Positions 34,699 through 44,774 are shown, counted from the first letter of the stretch. The stretch is 52,834 bases of DNA from an uncultured Oscillospiraceae bacterium (GCA_964411785.1 CAYPMJ010000001.1:1-52834); one strand, 5' to 3'. Notes: generated by a model not told the origin, from the sequence alone. Numbers and translations are program-made.

Positions 34699-36587
34699 AT
34701 GATTTCAATATTGAGACGGAATCTGTTTACCTGTCCGCGGGAGCGGACCATAAGTGTTGTCCTGGTGCGGTCTACCGGGTTATCCATGGTCCTCATGATG
34801 AAGGCCTCCTGCCCCTCCTCCAGCGTCAGCGTGAGGTGAAGGCTGAGATCCCCGGTCTCAAGCTGGAGGTTGACGCATGCCGTCTCCTTGAACCGGCGCA
34901 CATCCCTCATATGCTGATATCCGTTTTCGGAAAAGCCGGTTCCCGCAGGCTCCGTCTCCAGCCCGCAGTGAACGGCGATCCCGGGTTCCAGGTGGAAAAA
35001 CCAGTCGTAAACGCCATCCTCCCCGCATGCGGAAAACTCATCTGTGTATTCCGTGGGGGTTATCCCGATGGTCCGCGTGTAATCGACGCCCTCGTAGACG
35101 TTCCTGGCGACAGCTCTGACTGCGTTCTCACAGAAGGACAGACACTCCCCGGGGCTCACTGATGTTATGTCCTCCCCGTTCCGGCAGACGGTGTTGTGGC
35201 AGACGGTTCTTCTGTGCCACTCGTTGCACAGTCTTGAACGGTAGCCCGCATTTGAGAGATCCCTTGAGACGCGCATTTTGCGGCACATGAGCTCCACCCC
35301 CATGATGTCAGGGTGGTGGTGAGAGCTGCCGTTCAGGCCGTATTTCAGAAACACGTTCCAGCTCCCGTTCCGGAGCACGGCGAAGTTTGACGCGGGGAAG
35401 AGTCTTGATTCACGGCGTATCTCATGATAATCGTCGTAATCAAAGTCGATGTTGAAGAGGAGCCTCTCCATACAGACCTCGTTAAAGCAGTAGTACGGCT
35501 CGGAGAGCGGCAGTATGGTTCTTGGTGCGGGGTTGGCCTCGATGAGCTTTACGAGGTTCCCCACAGGCGAATTCTCCCCGAAGAAGCGGGCAGCCGTGTG
35601 ATAGACGTAGCCGTAGGTCTTCAGGTTGATGTCCGGCCAGCCGTCGTTGGGGTTGGGGAGATACTGGTTGTCAAAGGCGTAATCGTAGGCGTTGAGAAAC
35701 ATGTTCTCAAAGATCCCGGTGCTCTCCTCGCCCATGTCGTGACCGTAAATCCCGGCAAACAGGAAGAGATATGAGACGCCCTCCAGCAGGAAGAAATTGT
35801 AGTGTATGCTCCCCTCGTACCAGAAGCAGTCCCCTGTCACACCGCGCTTAAGCTGCTCATGGATGTTGAGCGGACCTGTGAACGCAAAGTCCCGCATCTC
35901 CCGGTCGTCCAGCGCCAGGCCCATGACGCCTATTGCCGCGATCTCCCAGGCGCTGATGTTGTGTATCTGCGTCACCTGCGGGCGCAGAAGCTCATAAATT
36001 GGGCAAAAGAGCTTCCTATGGAGCTTTTCAAGCCAGGAGGGATCCAGCTCCTCCCGGAGTATCTCAATGGTGTCAATGAACCTTATGGCGATAATCGCCT
36101 CATTCAGATTCTGAGGCATCACTCTCCCGCAGCCCCACTTCATCTCTCCTATGGAATCAAAGATCTGATCCTCCTTGTTGTGGAGAGGAAACAGGTGGTA
36201 GTTCTCCGCGTACCAGTCTATAACGTTCACCGCGTAATCGTAATAGCTTCTCTCCCCAGTCACCCGGTAGACCATGGCTGAAACCATAGTCATGGTAACT
36301 GCTCTGTTTCGATAGAAGGTGGTCCAGACTCTGTCCAGGTACTCGTCCTCAAACTCCTTCCCGCAGACCGTGCATCTGTGTCGATGCGGGGAATTGAGAT
36401 CGAATATGAGGCGTCCGCCGTCCTCGTTGCAGAAGTAGGCGTGCCCCCAGCCGCTGAGCTTATCGGGGGAATCGGAGAAGCCGGGCATGAACTCGTCCAC
36501 ATCGGCGCGCATCCTGTCCAGAACCCGCGCGTTTTCGGGCTTGCGCATGTACTCGCAGAAGTGCTCATTTACATATTTCAATGTCAC
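34695..36587 (-). CDS. Heparinase II/III-like family protein (cytoplasmic; probable oligo-uronide lyase)
   Basis: It has no signal peptide. NGSSHHHPDIMGVEL is typical of the heparinase II/III C-terminal domain. The start is uncertain: GTG 36587 gives a GTGA overlap, TTG 36581 lies 7 nt after GGGAGG, and the ORF-track GTG 36632 has no SD site. Confidence 0.72.
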   Translation of the reverse strand: MTLKYVNEHFCEYMRKPENARVLDRMRADVDEFMPGFSDSPDKLSGWGHAYFCNEDGGRLIFDLNSPHRHRCTVCGKEFEDEYLDRVWTTFYRNRAVTMTMVSAMVYRVTGERSYYDYAVNVIDWYAENYHLFPLHNKEDQIFDSIGEMKWGCGRVMPQNLNEAIIAIRFIDTIEILREELDPSWLEKLHRKLFCPIYELLRPQVTQIHNISAWEIAAIGVMGLALDDREMRDFAFTGPLNIHEQLKRGVTGDCFWYEGSIHYNFFLLEGVSYLFLFAGIYGHDMGEESTGIFENMFLNAYDYAFDNQYLPNPNDGWPDINLKTYGYVYHTAARFFGENSPVGNLVKLIEANPAPRTILPLSEPYYCFNEVCMERLLFNIDFDYDDYHEIRRESRLFPASNFAVLRNGSWNVFLKYGLNGSSHHHPDIMGVELMCRKMRVSRDLSNAGYRSRLCNEWHRRTVCHNTVCRNGEDITSVSPGECLSFCENAVRAVARNVYEGVDYTRTIGITPTEYTDEFSACGEDGVYDWFFHLEPGIAVHCGLETEPAGTGFSENGYQHMRDVRRFKETACVNLQLETGDLSLHLTLTLEEGQEAFIMRTMDNPVDRTRTTLMVRSRGQVNRFRLNIEII

Positions 36588-38554
36588 ACCTCCCAGCTTC
36601 TGCCGCCCGCTGTCACCTGAACTGCAAGACACCCGTCATCGTTTACGCCGTCGGTGATACGGGCCTTGTACTCACAGCCGTCCAGCGTGACCGTAAGTGT
36701 GCAGTCCTTAAATTCGACCCTGGCCCCGCTTCCCTCAAAGGTGAAGCACTCAAAAAACACCTGCTCGCACGTCGGGCTCTCAGATGCCAGGGAGAGCGTC
36801 TTCATATCAGACCTCGTCAGCTTATCCGGCTCCTGCGGCGTCATATTGCTGATTACGGTCTGTTCATACTGCGTGGCCTTAAGGGGAAGGTCGGAGAACG
36901 TCCTGCACCGCACATTCCCGGATGCCATGCGGTAGAGCGCACCGTCACCGGTGAGCTCAGCTGCTGTGTCGGTATTTCTGATGACCTCAAAGATGTGGGG
37001 CTTATCGCTGCGCATGACATCCACGAAGACCCAGAATTTAAGCCCGTCCGTTATGAGCAGGCGGCTCACCTCCCGCATCTCAAGTTCCCAGGGGTATATC
37101 CCCGACGTCTCTCCCCGGTAGAGCACCACTCCACCATCGGTGACCAGCCTTGTGACTCTCCCGGTGTACGCTGCGGGGTCGAAGCTGTCTCCCCTCGTCT
37201 CCTCCCTTAGTCTGGCGGAGGCCATGTAGATATCGGAGACGCCCTGGCAGTCTGTGTATTGCCCGTCCGCCAGCAGGACGCTGTGATGGGTCGGAAGGAT
37301 CGACCTGTTGTAGCCGTCCTCACAGATCAGGTAGTCGCTGCCCTCGGTGAATATGTATGAGAGGTTGTCCGGGTGGTGGTGGGACAGTGAGAGGGGCCTG
37401 ATATGCTCGCTCCTCGCAAGCTCCCAGCCAAGCTTCCACTGCTTTTTCCCGCCTGGGGCGCCGCATTTTATGGTCAGGACCCTGGCCTCGGGACTCCAGC
37501 CGTCCCGCACGGTCAAAAGTCCCAGATCCCCGAAGTACCTGGTGAGCGGCAGATCCGTAAAGTCACGCTCCTCCACCGTCGGGTCGTACCAGAGCAGCTC
37601 AAACATGGCCTCCGGAAGAATGCCGGGACGCACCCCGCTGCACCTGGCCTCCTCCTCCAGGAATCTGTCAACCACCATATTGCCCAGCTTCTGTGCGTAA
37701 CCGTTCCGGTACTCAGCGGCGATCTTGAAATAGACACAGGCAGGGTGCCCGCTGTGGCGGTCGTGGCAGTCGCCGAAATTAAGCTGCATCCGCAGATCCG
37801 CACAGGACTGGTACAGCCTGTACCAGAAGGTGTTCTTCAGATAGTCCGACTTCCGGAACCAGTCGATGCCCTCCCGCTCCTTAAGAAGGTGGGCGTATAC
37901 AAAGAGCCACATGCCCCCGTAACGCCAATAGCAGACACCCTCATAATTGGAGCCGTCGTCGGCCAGAAGCGAATAGACTCTCTCAAAATTCTCTTTTGCC
38001 TCCTCTATGTAACTGTTCGCCTCATCGCACTCCCCCAGAAGTGCATAGCCGGCTGCGGCGATGCCCGTCATATTGATCCAGTTGTGGTTCTGCCAGAAGT
38101 CTGTAGACCAGCCTCGGCCGTATGTCTCGCGCCGATAGTCATAGAGTATCCTGGCATGATGTCTGATCTTCTCCCGGATGCGAGCCCTCTCCTCAGCGTC
38201 GAGCTCAGGCTTGAGCCAGTCGTATCCCAGGGACAGCCCGAACAGGATCCAGGAGGCGGACAGATCCACATTGACCATGTGGTTGTAGCCCCACTCGTCC
38301 CAGCATAGCACAGTGTCCATGAATCGGCGGGCCTCATTGAGATACTTCTCCTCTCCTGAGAGAAGATGCGCCAATGCCAGATTGGCAATTCCGACCCCCA
38401 TGTATGTGGTGCTCTCCTTTGGGGGCTGTGCTGAAAGCTGGAATTCTGAGCACCTGTCCGCCTCGTTTAAGAGGCGTCTTAACTGTCTTTTCCTGTCAGT
38501 ATATAGACCGCGCATGTACTCCGTGAGGTCACCTATAAACAAATATCTTTTCAT
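36584..38554 (-). CDS. Alginate-lyase-like N-domain + heparinase II/III-like protein (cytoplasmic)
   Basis: It has no signal peptide. The alpha/alpha-toroid-like N-terminal half contains WQNHNWINMTGIAAAGYALLGE, and LSLSHHHPDNLSYIF lies in the C-terminal beta domain. Its start forms an ATGA overlap with the upstream stop. Confidence 0.78.
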   Translation of the reverse strand: MKRYLFIGDLTEYMRGLYTDRKRQLRRLLNEADRCSEFQLSAQPPKESTTYMGVGIANLALAHLLSGEEKYLNEARRFMDTVLCWDEWGYNHMVNVDLSASWILFGLSLGYDWLKPELDAEERARIREKIRHHARILYDYRRETYGRGWSTDFWQNHNWINMTGIAAAGYALLGECDEANSYIEEAKENFERVYSLLADDGSNYEGVCYWRYGGMWLFVYAHLLKEREGIDWFRKSDYLKNTFWYRLYQSCADLRMQLNFGDCHDRHSGHPACVYFKIAAEYRNGYAQKLGNMVVDRFLEEEARCSGVRPGILPEAMFELLWYDPTVEERDFTDLPLTRYFGDLGLLTVRDGWSPEARVLTIKCGAPGGKKQWKLGWELARSEHIRPLSLSHHHPDNLSYIFTEGSDYLICEDGYNRSILPTHHSVLLADGQYTDCQGVSDIYMASARLREETRGDSFDPAAYTGRVTRLVTDGGVVLYRGETSGIYPWELEMREVSRLLITDGLKFWVFVDVMRSDKPHIFEVIRNTDTAAELTGDGALYRMASGNVRCRTFSDLPLKATQYEQTVISNMTPQEPDKLTRSDMKTLSLASESPTCEQVFFECFTFEGSGARVEFKDCTLTVTLDGCEYKARITDGVNDDGCLAVQVTAGGRSWEV

Positions 38555-39093
38555 TCCGCTCTGACTCTCCCCTTTTCAGGTATGATCCTTCTCAGACTCT
38601 CTGCAAGTCCGGCGAGCAGCCAGTGAAAGAAGACGAACAGCGCTGCAAAGCCGAACGGCTCACCCGGAATGACCACAGTATCCTCAGGAAGCTCAGCGAG
38701 CCTGACAAGTATCATGTTGATATTCTGATATGTGAGATACACCAGGAACACGATGAGGAGCGACCTTGCAACCTCCGCGAGGTTTTCCATGGCCCTTTTC
38801 CACCCCGTGGTGCCCTTGTAGCGTCTGCTCAGGTTGACGCCTTTCCGCCTCACGTCAAAAGCGCCGTAGGCGACAGGTTCATAGATGACAACTGTGGCAA
38901 GTCCCGTGCCAATCCCCAGCAGGAGAATGAGATCCAGCGGGGATTCAGACATGCCGACCTCAAGTCCCATGGCAACGAGGTAGTAGCACATCCCGACGAT
39001 CCACCAGCGCAGTATTCCGGCCTTCACACTATCTGAGATGCGTTTTTTCGGAGCATCCGGCTTATCAGTCAGTTTTTTCACGTTTATCACCAC
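38551..39093 (-). CDS. Small polytopic membrane protein, unknown family (180 aa)
   Basis: It has about four TM segments, a basic N-terminus and a basic central loop (RRKGVNLSRRYKGTTGWKR). The start is GTG. Its stop overlaps the next gene's start as ATGA. No SD site is visible, so the exact start is uncertain. Confidence 0.55.
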   Translation of the reverse strand: MVINVKKLTDKPDAPKKRISDSVKAGILRWWIVGMCYYLVAMGLEVGMSESPLDLILLLGIGTGLATVVIYEPVAYGAFDVRRKGVNLSRRYKGTTGWKRAMENLAEVARSLLIVFLVYLTYQNINMILVRLAELPEDTVVIPGEPFGFAALFVFFHWLLAGLAESLRRIIPEKGRVRAE

Positions 39094-39502
39094 GTTTGGA
39101 AAGTGTCATGTCGATAACAAGCAGCAGCGATGCCGCCAGAAAAGCGGCAAGCATTGCGACGCTCAGGACAACTGCCCTCATCACCACCGCCGTGTCAAGC
39201 TGCTGCTGCGTCCGGCATGCGGAGAGGTAGATCCTTATGAGCAGGACCGCAGGTACAGCCGTCACGAGAGTGAAGACCACGGTCATGATTCCGGGCAGGT
39301 AATGCTCGGGCTTGATCTGCGTGCACTCGAAAAGCAGCACCAGCCCCATCAGGACAAAAGCAAACATATAAAACCCGCATATCTCGTTTTCAAGGAGAAG
39401 CAGCGCACGAGTATGAACGTTGGTGAAAATGAGATGGGCGATGGCCGCAGCTGCGATAAGCACTCGGGCGGCATTTGTAAGTGGGGAATTGGTCTTTGTC
39501 AA
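39065..39502 (-). CDS. Small polytopic membrane protein, unknown family (145 aa)
   Basis: It has four TM segments. The TTG start lies 7 nt after a GGGGAGGTGA SD site and overlaps the ATPase stop as TTGA. Confidence 0.62.
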   Translation of the reverse strand: MTKTNSPLTNAARVLIAAAAIAHLIFTNVHTRALLLLENEICGFYMFAFVLMGLVLLFECTQIKPEHYLPGIMTVVFTLVTAVPAVLLIRIYLSACRTQQQLDTAVVMRAVVLSVAMLAAFLAASLLLVIDMTLSKRGDKREKTD

Positions 39503-40602
39503 CTCTTTTTCACCTCCCCGTGGACTATGAGCTCCTCCGAGGCGCTGTCGAAGAAATAGAAATGCCTCATGAGCGGTCTTATATAGACTGTCCTTCCCAG
39601 GTCCGGCATGCCCTTAGAGCAGCTGATCTCGCATACGAGGCTCTGTCTGCCAAGGCGCAGATGGAGGATAAAGGAGCTCCCCAGGTACTCAGAGGCCTCA
39701 AGCTCCGCTGCGAATACGTCCTCCCCCGGCCCCTCGGCAATCTCAAACATATTGGGTCTCAGGCCCATGGTCAGCTCCGCGCCCTCATATTTAAGGAGCT
39801 TCTCATTTGCCGGCGCGGGAACGGTCACTGTTTTCCCGTCAAAGGTGAAGACACCGCCTTCATATTTTCCAGGAATAAAATTCATCTGCGGAATTCCGAT
39901 GAAGCCGGCGACAAACATGTTGGCAGGTTCGAAGTAAACCTCAGACGGCGTGCCGGCCTGCTGAATGACCCCCTCCTTCATGACAATGATCCTGTCCGCC
40001 ATGCTCATGGCCTCTGTCTGGTCATGGGTGACGTATACGGTAGTGACGCCCAGGGATCTCTGCAGCTTCACAAGCTCCAGCCTGGTCGAGCTGCGCAGCT
40101 TCGCGTCCAGGTTTGAAAGGGGTTCATCCATCAGAAAGGCCTTCGGCGTCCTGACGATGGCCCTGCCCAGGGCCGCCCGCTGCTTCTGCCCTCCGGAGAG
40201 CTGCCCGGGAAGGCGGTTCAGGTACGGCACCATATCCACCGTCCTGCCGGCCTCCATTACGCTGTCATAAATCTCGGTCTCGTCCTCATGGCGTATACGC
40301 AGGCTCATGCCTATGTTGTCATAGATGGACATGTTGGCGTAGAGAGCATAGTCCTGAAAAACCATTGCTATGTTCCTGTCAACAGGCGGCTTTGAGTTTA
40401 CAACCTCGCCGTCGATGCTCAGCTCCCCGCTGGTGATGAGCTCAAGTCCGGCCAGCATGCGCAGCACCGTGGACTTCCCGCATCCCGATGGCCCCACAAG
40501 GACGACAAACTCCCCGTCCCTCGCCTCAAAAGTGAAATCCGTCACAGCGTGGACGCCGCCGGTGTAGATCTTGTTGACTCTGTCAAATCTGATGCTTCCC
40601 AT
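39499..40602 (-). CDS. Sugar ABC transporter ATP-binding protein (MsmX/MalK/UgpC type)
   Basis: It has Walker A GPSGCGKST, the Q-loop, signature LSGGQKQR, Walker B FLMDEPLSNLD and a C-terminal TOBE-like regulatory domain. A GAGGAGG SD site is present. Confidence 0.95.
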   Translation of the reverse strand: MGSIRFDRVNKIYTGGVHAVTDFTFEARDGEFVVLVGPSGCGKSTVLRMLAGLELITSGELSIDGEVVNSKPPVDRNIAMVFQDYALYANMSIYDNIGMSLRIRHEDETEIYDSVMEAGRTVDMVPYLNRLPGQLSGGQKQRAALGRAIVRTPKAFLMDEPLSNLDAKLRSSTRLELVKLQRSLGVTTVYVTHDQTEAMSMADRIIVMKEGVIQQAGTPSEVYFEPANMFVAGFIGIPQMNFIPGKYEGGVFTFDGKTVTVPAPANEKLLKYEGAELTMGLRPNMFEIAEGPGEDVFAAELEASEYLGSSFILHLRLGRQSLVCEISCSKGMPDLGRTVYIRPLMRHFYFFDSASEELIVHGEVKKS

Positions 40603-40612
40603 GGCCGCCTCC

Positions 40613-41059
40613 TCACACGCTGCTCCTGCCGAGCCTGTTTAAAAGTGCTGTCCGCTTTCCGGTTCTCACAAGTCCCAGTGCGCCGGCCGCCGTGAGCAGG
40701 ATGACCGTCGCTATATTGAGTATCAGTATCCTTGTCTCCCTGCCTGTGGGCTTGATCACAAACGGTATCAGCACCAGCTGCCTGAAGAGAACATACGCCG
40801 CAGCAGCGATGGTTACCCAGGACCAGAAGGTGCTGTAGACATTCACCTTCACGGCACATGTAAAGAGGAGAAACAGCGCGAGTATGTTCACCATCACGGT
40901 GGCGCCCATGATCCAGCTTATCCTCATCCGATCCAGAACGCTCACCACGTAGACGAACTCCAGCGCAGTCGCCAGAAGGATGAGTGCGTAGCAGGACTTG
41001 TTCTTCTTATAAAGCGACACATATACTTTCTTGTCGAAATCGTTTTCCGCGCCATTCAC
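40613..41059 (-). CDS. Small polytopic membrane protein, unknown family (148 aa)
   Basis: It has four TM segments. The GTG start overlaps the upstream stop as GTGA. TM2 (ALFLLFTCAVKV) resembles TM2 of the 145-aa protein (GLVLLFECTQIK). Confidence 0.58.
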   Translation of the reverse strand: MNGAENDFDKKVYVSLYKKNKSCYALILLATALEFVYVVSVLDRMRISWIMGATVMVNILALFLLFTCAVKVNVYSTFWSWVTIAAAAYVLFRQLVLIPFVIKPTGRETRILILNIATVILLTAAGALGLVRTGKRTALLNRLGRSSV

Positions 41060-41598
41060 TCCGCTTCACCCCGCTGTCTCAGTTTTACAAATGTGATGTG
41101 GCTGACGATGAGGCTCACAAGGTACAGCACGCAGACGGCAATCTGCGCCGCGTACAGGCCTATCCCGATGTAGAATGTTCCGAACCTCAAGGTGTAGTCC
41201 TCAATTCCCTCAAGATAGAGCGAGGAGATGTCCATGTTCCTGTAGAAGGACATAATGGCGGGCAGATTCTGCAGCGCATATACTGAGCCGTAGGCGCAGA
41301 CGCACAGCACTGCAGCCATGAGAATAAGGGCAAACCTGTCCGGAACCTTTGTAAGCGTCTCCAGCATGAACGCGAACAGCACGCCCACAACCCCCACTAT
41401 TGCCCATATGAGGATCCCTTTGTTGAACGGCTGAAGGATGCTGTCGTGGAAAAGAGCTACCTGGCTGTTGCCCTGAAGTCTGAGTCCGAAGAGATTCTCA
41501 TAGTCCGTCATGAAGGCGAGAGCATAGACGAAAATGACGACCACAACAATGATATAGAGGATCGCCGCGGCCTTCTGCGCCCTGAAGATTTTTCTCAT
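41056..41598 (-). CDS. Small polytopic membrane protein, unknown family (180 aa)
   Basis: It has about four TM segments. A very strong AAGGAGGTGA SD site lies 4 nt from the ATG. Confidence 0.65.
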   Translation of the reverse strand: MRKIFRAQKAAAILYIIVVVVIFVYALAFMTDYENLFGLRLQGNSQVALFHDSILQPFNKGILIWAIVGVVGVLFAFMLETLTKVPDRFALILMAAVLCVCAYGSVYALQNLPAIMSFYRNMDISSLYLEGIEDYTLRFGTFYIGIGLYAAQIAVCVLYLVSLIVSHITFVKLRQRGEAE

Positions 41599-41618
41599 AA
41601 CTCACCTCCTTGTATCCT

Positions 41619-41645
41619 CGGGGAGGAGTTTCCCGCTCCTCCCCG
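41619..41645 (-). terminator. Stable stem-loop just downstream of the 720-aa SBP gene; no U-tract, so probably an mRNA stability or processing element
   Basis: A perfect 10-bp stem (CGGGGAGGAG / CTCCTCCCCG) closes a 7-nt loop. Confidence 0.5.
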
Positions 41646-41660
41646 TGAAACGCGCCCGTG

Positions 41661-43823
41661 TCAGTTGTCTGCTGTCATGACGGCGTAGGCCGCCTGATAC
41701 ACAGATACGTAGGTGTCAAGGCCCTTGTCCTCGAAGTACTTAAGGTACTCCCCGTATGTCTCCGGGATATCAACGCCCGCCGGAGCGTTCCCCTTTGTCT
41801 TGTAGCGGATGATGTTGAAAAGATACTCTGTGGTGTCGTCCATCTCGATGGATGTCTCGGAGCTCAGCTGCTCCTGCTGACGGTCGGTCATGGAGAACGC
41901 GGAGGGTATCATCTTGTAGTAGTTCGGGTTATCGCCCTCCAGGCCCAGGTCGCCCTCGTAGTTGGCGAAGCCGGTGGTGGAGTTGTTCAGAAGCTCCCAA
42001 CCTGCGAAGCCGCGATCTGAGGTGTACTGATACTCAAAGCCTATGTTCTTCTGATAGCCTATGGGGATCTGAGAGCCGATCCAGTCGCGCAGGAATGTAG
42101 AGAGGTCGCCGTTGGCAACGTCCAGGGTGTCATAGACCCACTCGTTGTACTTCGGATATTCGATGCCGTCCGGGCCCTCGTAGGTCTCACCATCCACCAG
42201 AATCTGGTCAATGCCGTAGTTCTGGAGCTTGTCTCCCTCCTCGGAGAAGAAGTAGTCCAGAAGTGCGCAGGAGCGATAGAGCTCCGCATCCGTGGCATTG
42301 CCCTTCACCGAGATCGCCCAGCCGTCACTCTTGATGGCGCGGCCATTGTCGATATAATACTGCCACACGCCGTTTACCTCGGCCACGGGCGGGAGCATCA
42401 CGGTTGTGTCCCCATTGAGGCTGTCCGTGGTGGATGAGGCGATCCAGTCGATGGTCATCCAGCCGTACGCGGGAGAGTCGCTGTCATCCGTACCCCACAG
42501 CTTGCTGCGGAAGTTGGTCTTGTTAGTCAGATCATAGGTGTCCGCGTAGATGAGGCCCTCGGCCTCCATGTCGGAGAGATAGTTAAGAACGTCGTATATG
42601 CCCTCGGTTGAGTAGGTGTACTGAACTGTCCCGTTTTCATCAATGTACCAGCGGGAGCTGTAGGAGTCGGCTCCGAAGGCCTTAACCCCGCCAAAATAGG
42701 TGCCAAAGCGCAGAAGATCCTCGCGGTAGCTGGACTGGCGGACAAAGAATGGCCATACAACATCCGCCGACCCGTCGGTGAGATAGCTCGGATTGGCCTT
42801 GATGCAGCGCATCAGTGCGATGAGCTCGTCAATGTCATATGCCGCCTTCTCGCCAAGATACAGCTCTGATGGAGTGCTGTAGTCGTAGTTATCGTTGATG
42901 TACTGGATAAGCGCCTCGGTCAGTGTTTTCCCGTTCTTCACGGTCAGTGCGTTCTGGATCTCGATGATATTCTGGTCGGTCTTCTTGGTGACGGTGACGC
43001 CCTCCTTCGGGATAACGGAGCCTCCGTTGCTGCCGGTACGGGCGTTGTCGCCGACAAGGTACCCGCCGTAGTAGGTGGTGAAGCTGGCGGTATCGTAGTT
43101 TGCCCCGCTGACGTCCAGAAGCTCGGTGACCCATGTCTCCCTAGCTACAAAGGCCCGGGCGTAGGTGTTTATCTCAGCGATGTACGGTACATAGTAGATG
43201 CCCCCGTCGTAGGCCGTAATTGCGCTGCGTATGGAGGGGTTCTCCTCCAGGTACTTGGCGAAGTTGGGCATATAGCCCTCGTTCATCATATCCACCAGGT
43301 TTACGAACATTCCTCTTGAGCCATAGTTCATGAAGTCGGTGGCGATGGAGTTTCCTCCAAAGATATTTGCGCCGGCAAATGCGTCGGTGGATGCGGTCTG
43401 GATCATCTCAGAGGCCTTCTGGTCCTGGGTGGTCACGTCCTCAATGTCAATGTTGAGGGCGCTCTCTACCTGCGTCCACACGGGCTTGAGCATTCCGGCA
43501 GTCACCACGGTTCCGTCAGGCAGCGTCATGGGGGATTCTTTGTAATAGGTAAGGACCCTGTCCTTGTTGCCGGTGGTGAAGTTGATCTTCAGGGTGACGT
43601 GTTCGGTAAGGTCCGTCTTGTCCTCGACCCCGGTATTGATTGGCGAATTGTCATCTGCATTGGAAGCTCCGTCGTCGACGTTGCCGGAGTCACCGTTTCC
43701 GGAGCCGCCGTCACCTGACTGGCTGCCCTGGGCCTCATCAACAATGGTGCCTCCGCATCCGGCAAGTGCCCCCATAAGGAGCGCTGCCACGAGAATTAGA
43801 CTGATGATCCCTGTTTTTTTCAT
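41661..43823 (-). CDS. Large (720-aa) extracellular solute-binding lipoprotein, LplA-like
   Basis: The signal peptide and lipobox read MKKTGIISLILVAALLMGALAG-C, followed by a Gly/Ser/Asp-rich linker. A GGGAGGAAG SD site is present. The gene sits next to LplB/LplC-type permeases. Confidence 0.85.
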   Translation of the reverse strand: MKKTGIISLILVAALLMGALAGCGGTIVDEAQGSQSGDGGSGNGDSGNVDDGASNADDNSPINTGVEDKTDLTEHVTLKINFTTGNKDRVLTYYKESPMTLPDGTVVTAGMLKPVWTQVESALNIDIEDVTTQDQKASEMIQTASTDAFAGANIFGGNSIATDFMNYGSRGMFVNLVDMMNEGYMPNFAKYLEENPSIRSAITAYDGGIYYVPYIAEINTYARAFVARETWVTELLDVSGANYDTASFTTYYGGYLVGDNARTGSNGGSVIPKEGVTVTKKTDQNIIEIQNALTVKNGKTLTEALIQYINDNYDYSTPSELYLGEKAAYDIDELIALMRCIKANPSYLTDGSADVVWPFFVRQSSYREDLLRFGTYFGGVKAFGADSYSSRWYIDENGTVQYTYSTEGIYDVLNYLSDMEAEGLIYADTYDLTNKTNFRSKLWGTDDSDSPAYGWMTIDWIASSTTDSLNGDTTVMLPPVAEVNGVWQYYIDNGRAIKSDGWAISVKGNATDAELYRSCALLDYFFSEEGDKLQNYGIDQILVDGETYEGPDGIEYPKYNEWVYDTLDVANGDLSTFLRDWIGSQIPIGYQKNIGFEYQYTSDRGFAGWELLNNSTTGFANYEGDLGLEGDNPNYYKMIPSAFSMTDRQQEQLSSETSIEMDDTTEYLFNIIRYKTKGNAPAGVDIPETYGEYLKYFEDKGLDTYVSVYQAAYAVMTADN

Positions 43824-43895
43824 GTTCTTCCTCCCTGTAAATTGTTCTTGTCTGGTAAACTGATTTTTATTTCCGATCCTTCCGGACAGCCCCCG

Positions 43896-44759
43896 TCAGC
43901 CCTTCACTCCGCCCATATTCACGCCCTTTGCAAAGTACTTCTGTATGTATGGATAAATAATGAGCACGGGGATGATTGAGCAGATGATAATGGCGTATGC
44001 CAGGCTGTCCGCCGCATATGGCAGGACAACGGGTGACTCCTCATAGAGCTTCTGATAGCTCTCAATCTGCTGCCTCAGAAACACCTGCAGCGGCTGCTGA
44101 TAGGTGTCGCTGAGAAGCATTCTTGACCAGTAGTAGGCGTTCCAGCGGCTGACAGCATAGAAGAGCGTCACTGTGGCAATGCTGGCCTTGGACATGGGGA
44201 TATAGACGCGGTAGAACACCTGGAACTCGCTGGCCCCGTCCATGACAGCCGCCTCCTCGATCTCCTTCGGGATGCTGCTGAAGTAGTTGCGAAGGAGGAT
44301 GATGTTGTATGCCTGCACGCCGAAGGCGACGACGAGGCCCCAGCGGTTGTCCACATTCATGCTCTTGTAGTTGAGGTATTGCGGGATCATGCCGGCGGAG
44401 AACCACATGGTGAAGACCAGCAGGAAATTCCACTGGCGTCGGAACAGGAGCTTCCTCTTCTGCAGTGCGTAGGCTCCGGTGAGGGAGATGAGCATGCTCC
44501 AGGCCGTACCCATGACGGTGTAGAACAGCGTGTTGGCGTAGGCAATCCAGAAGCCCTTGCTGTGGAGAACAATGTCGTAGGCCTGGAAATTGACATCCTT
44601 CGGCAGGAGGGTTATCTCGCCGCTCTCGTAAGCCAGCTTTCCGCTGATGGACACGCTGAATGCGTAAATCACGGGATACAGTGTGATTGCCGCAAAGACA
44701 ATGACAAGTATATACGCAAATACCTTGAAGGCTTTCTCGCTTCTGTTGAGCAGTTCCAT
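43896..44759 (-). CDS. Carbohydrate ABC transporter permease (LplC-like)
   Basis: The protein is polytopic, with the EAA loop IEEAAVMDGASEFQVFYRVYIPM. An AAGGGAGGGAA SD site is present. Confidence 0.9.
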   Translation of the reverse strand: MELLNRSEKAFKVFAYILVIVFAAITLYPVIYAFSVSISGKLAYESGEITLLPKDVNFQAYDIVLHSKGFWIAYANTLFYTVMGTAWSMLISLTGAYALQKRKLLFRRQWNFLLVFTMWFSAGMIPQYLNYKSMNVDNRWGLVVAFGVQAYNIILLRNYFSSIPKEIEEAAVMDGASEFQVFYRVYIPMSKASIATVTLFYAVSRWNAYYWSRMLLSDTYQQPLQVFLRQQIESYQKLYEESPVVLPYAADSLAYAIIICSIIPVLIIYPYIQKYFAKGVNMGGVKG

Positions 44760-44774
44760 ACGTATTCCCTCCCT

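Noticed and set aside
37403-38308. 301-aa plus-strand ORF
   Set aside because: It is antisense to the heparinase II/III-like gene, and its translation is low-information and Pro/Val/Leu-rich.
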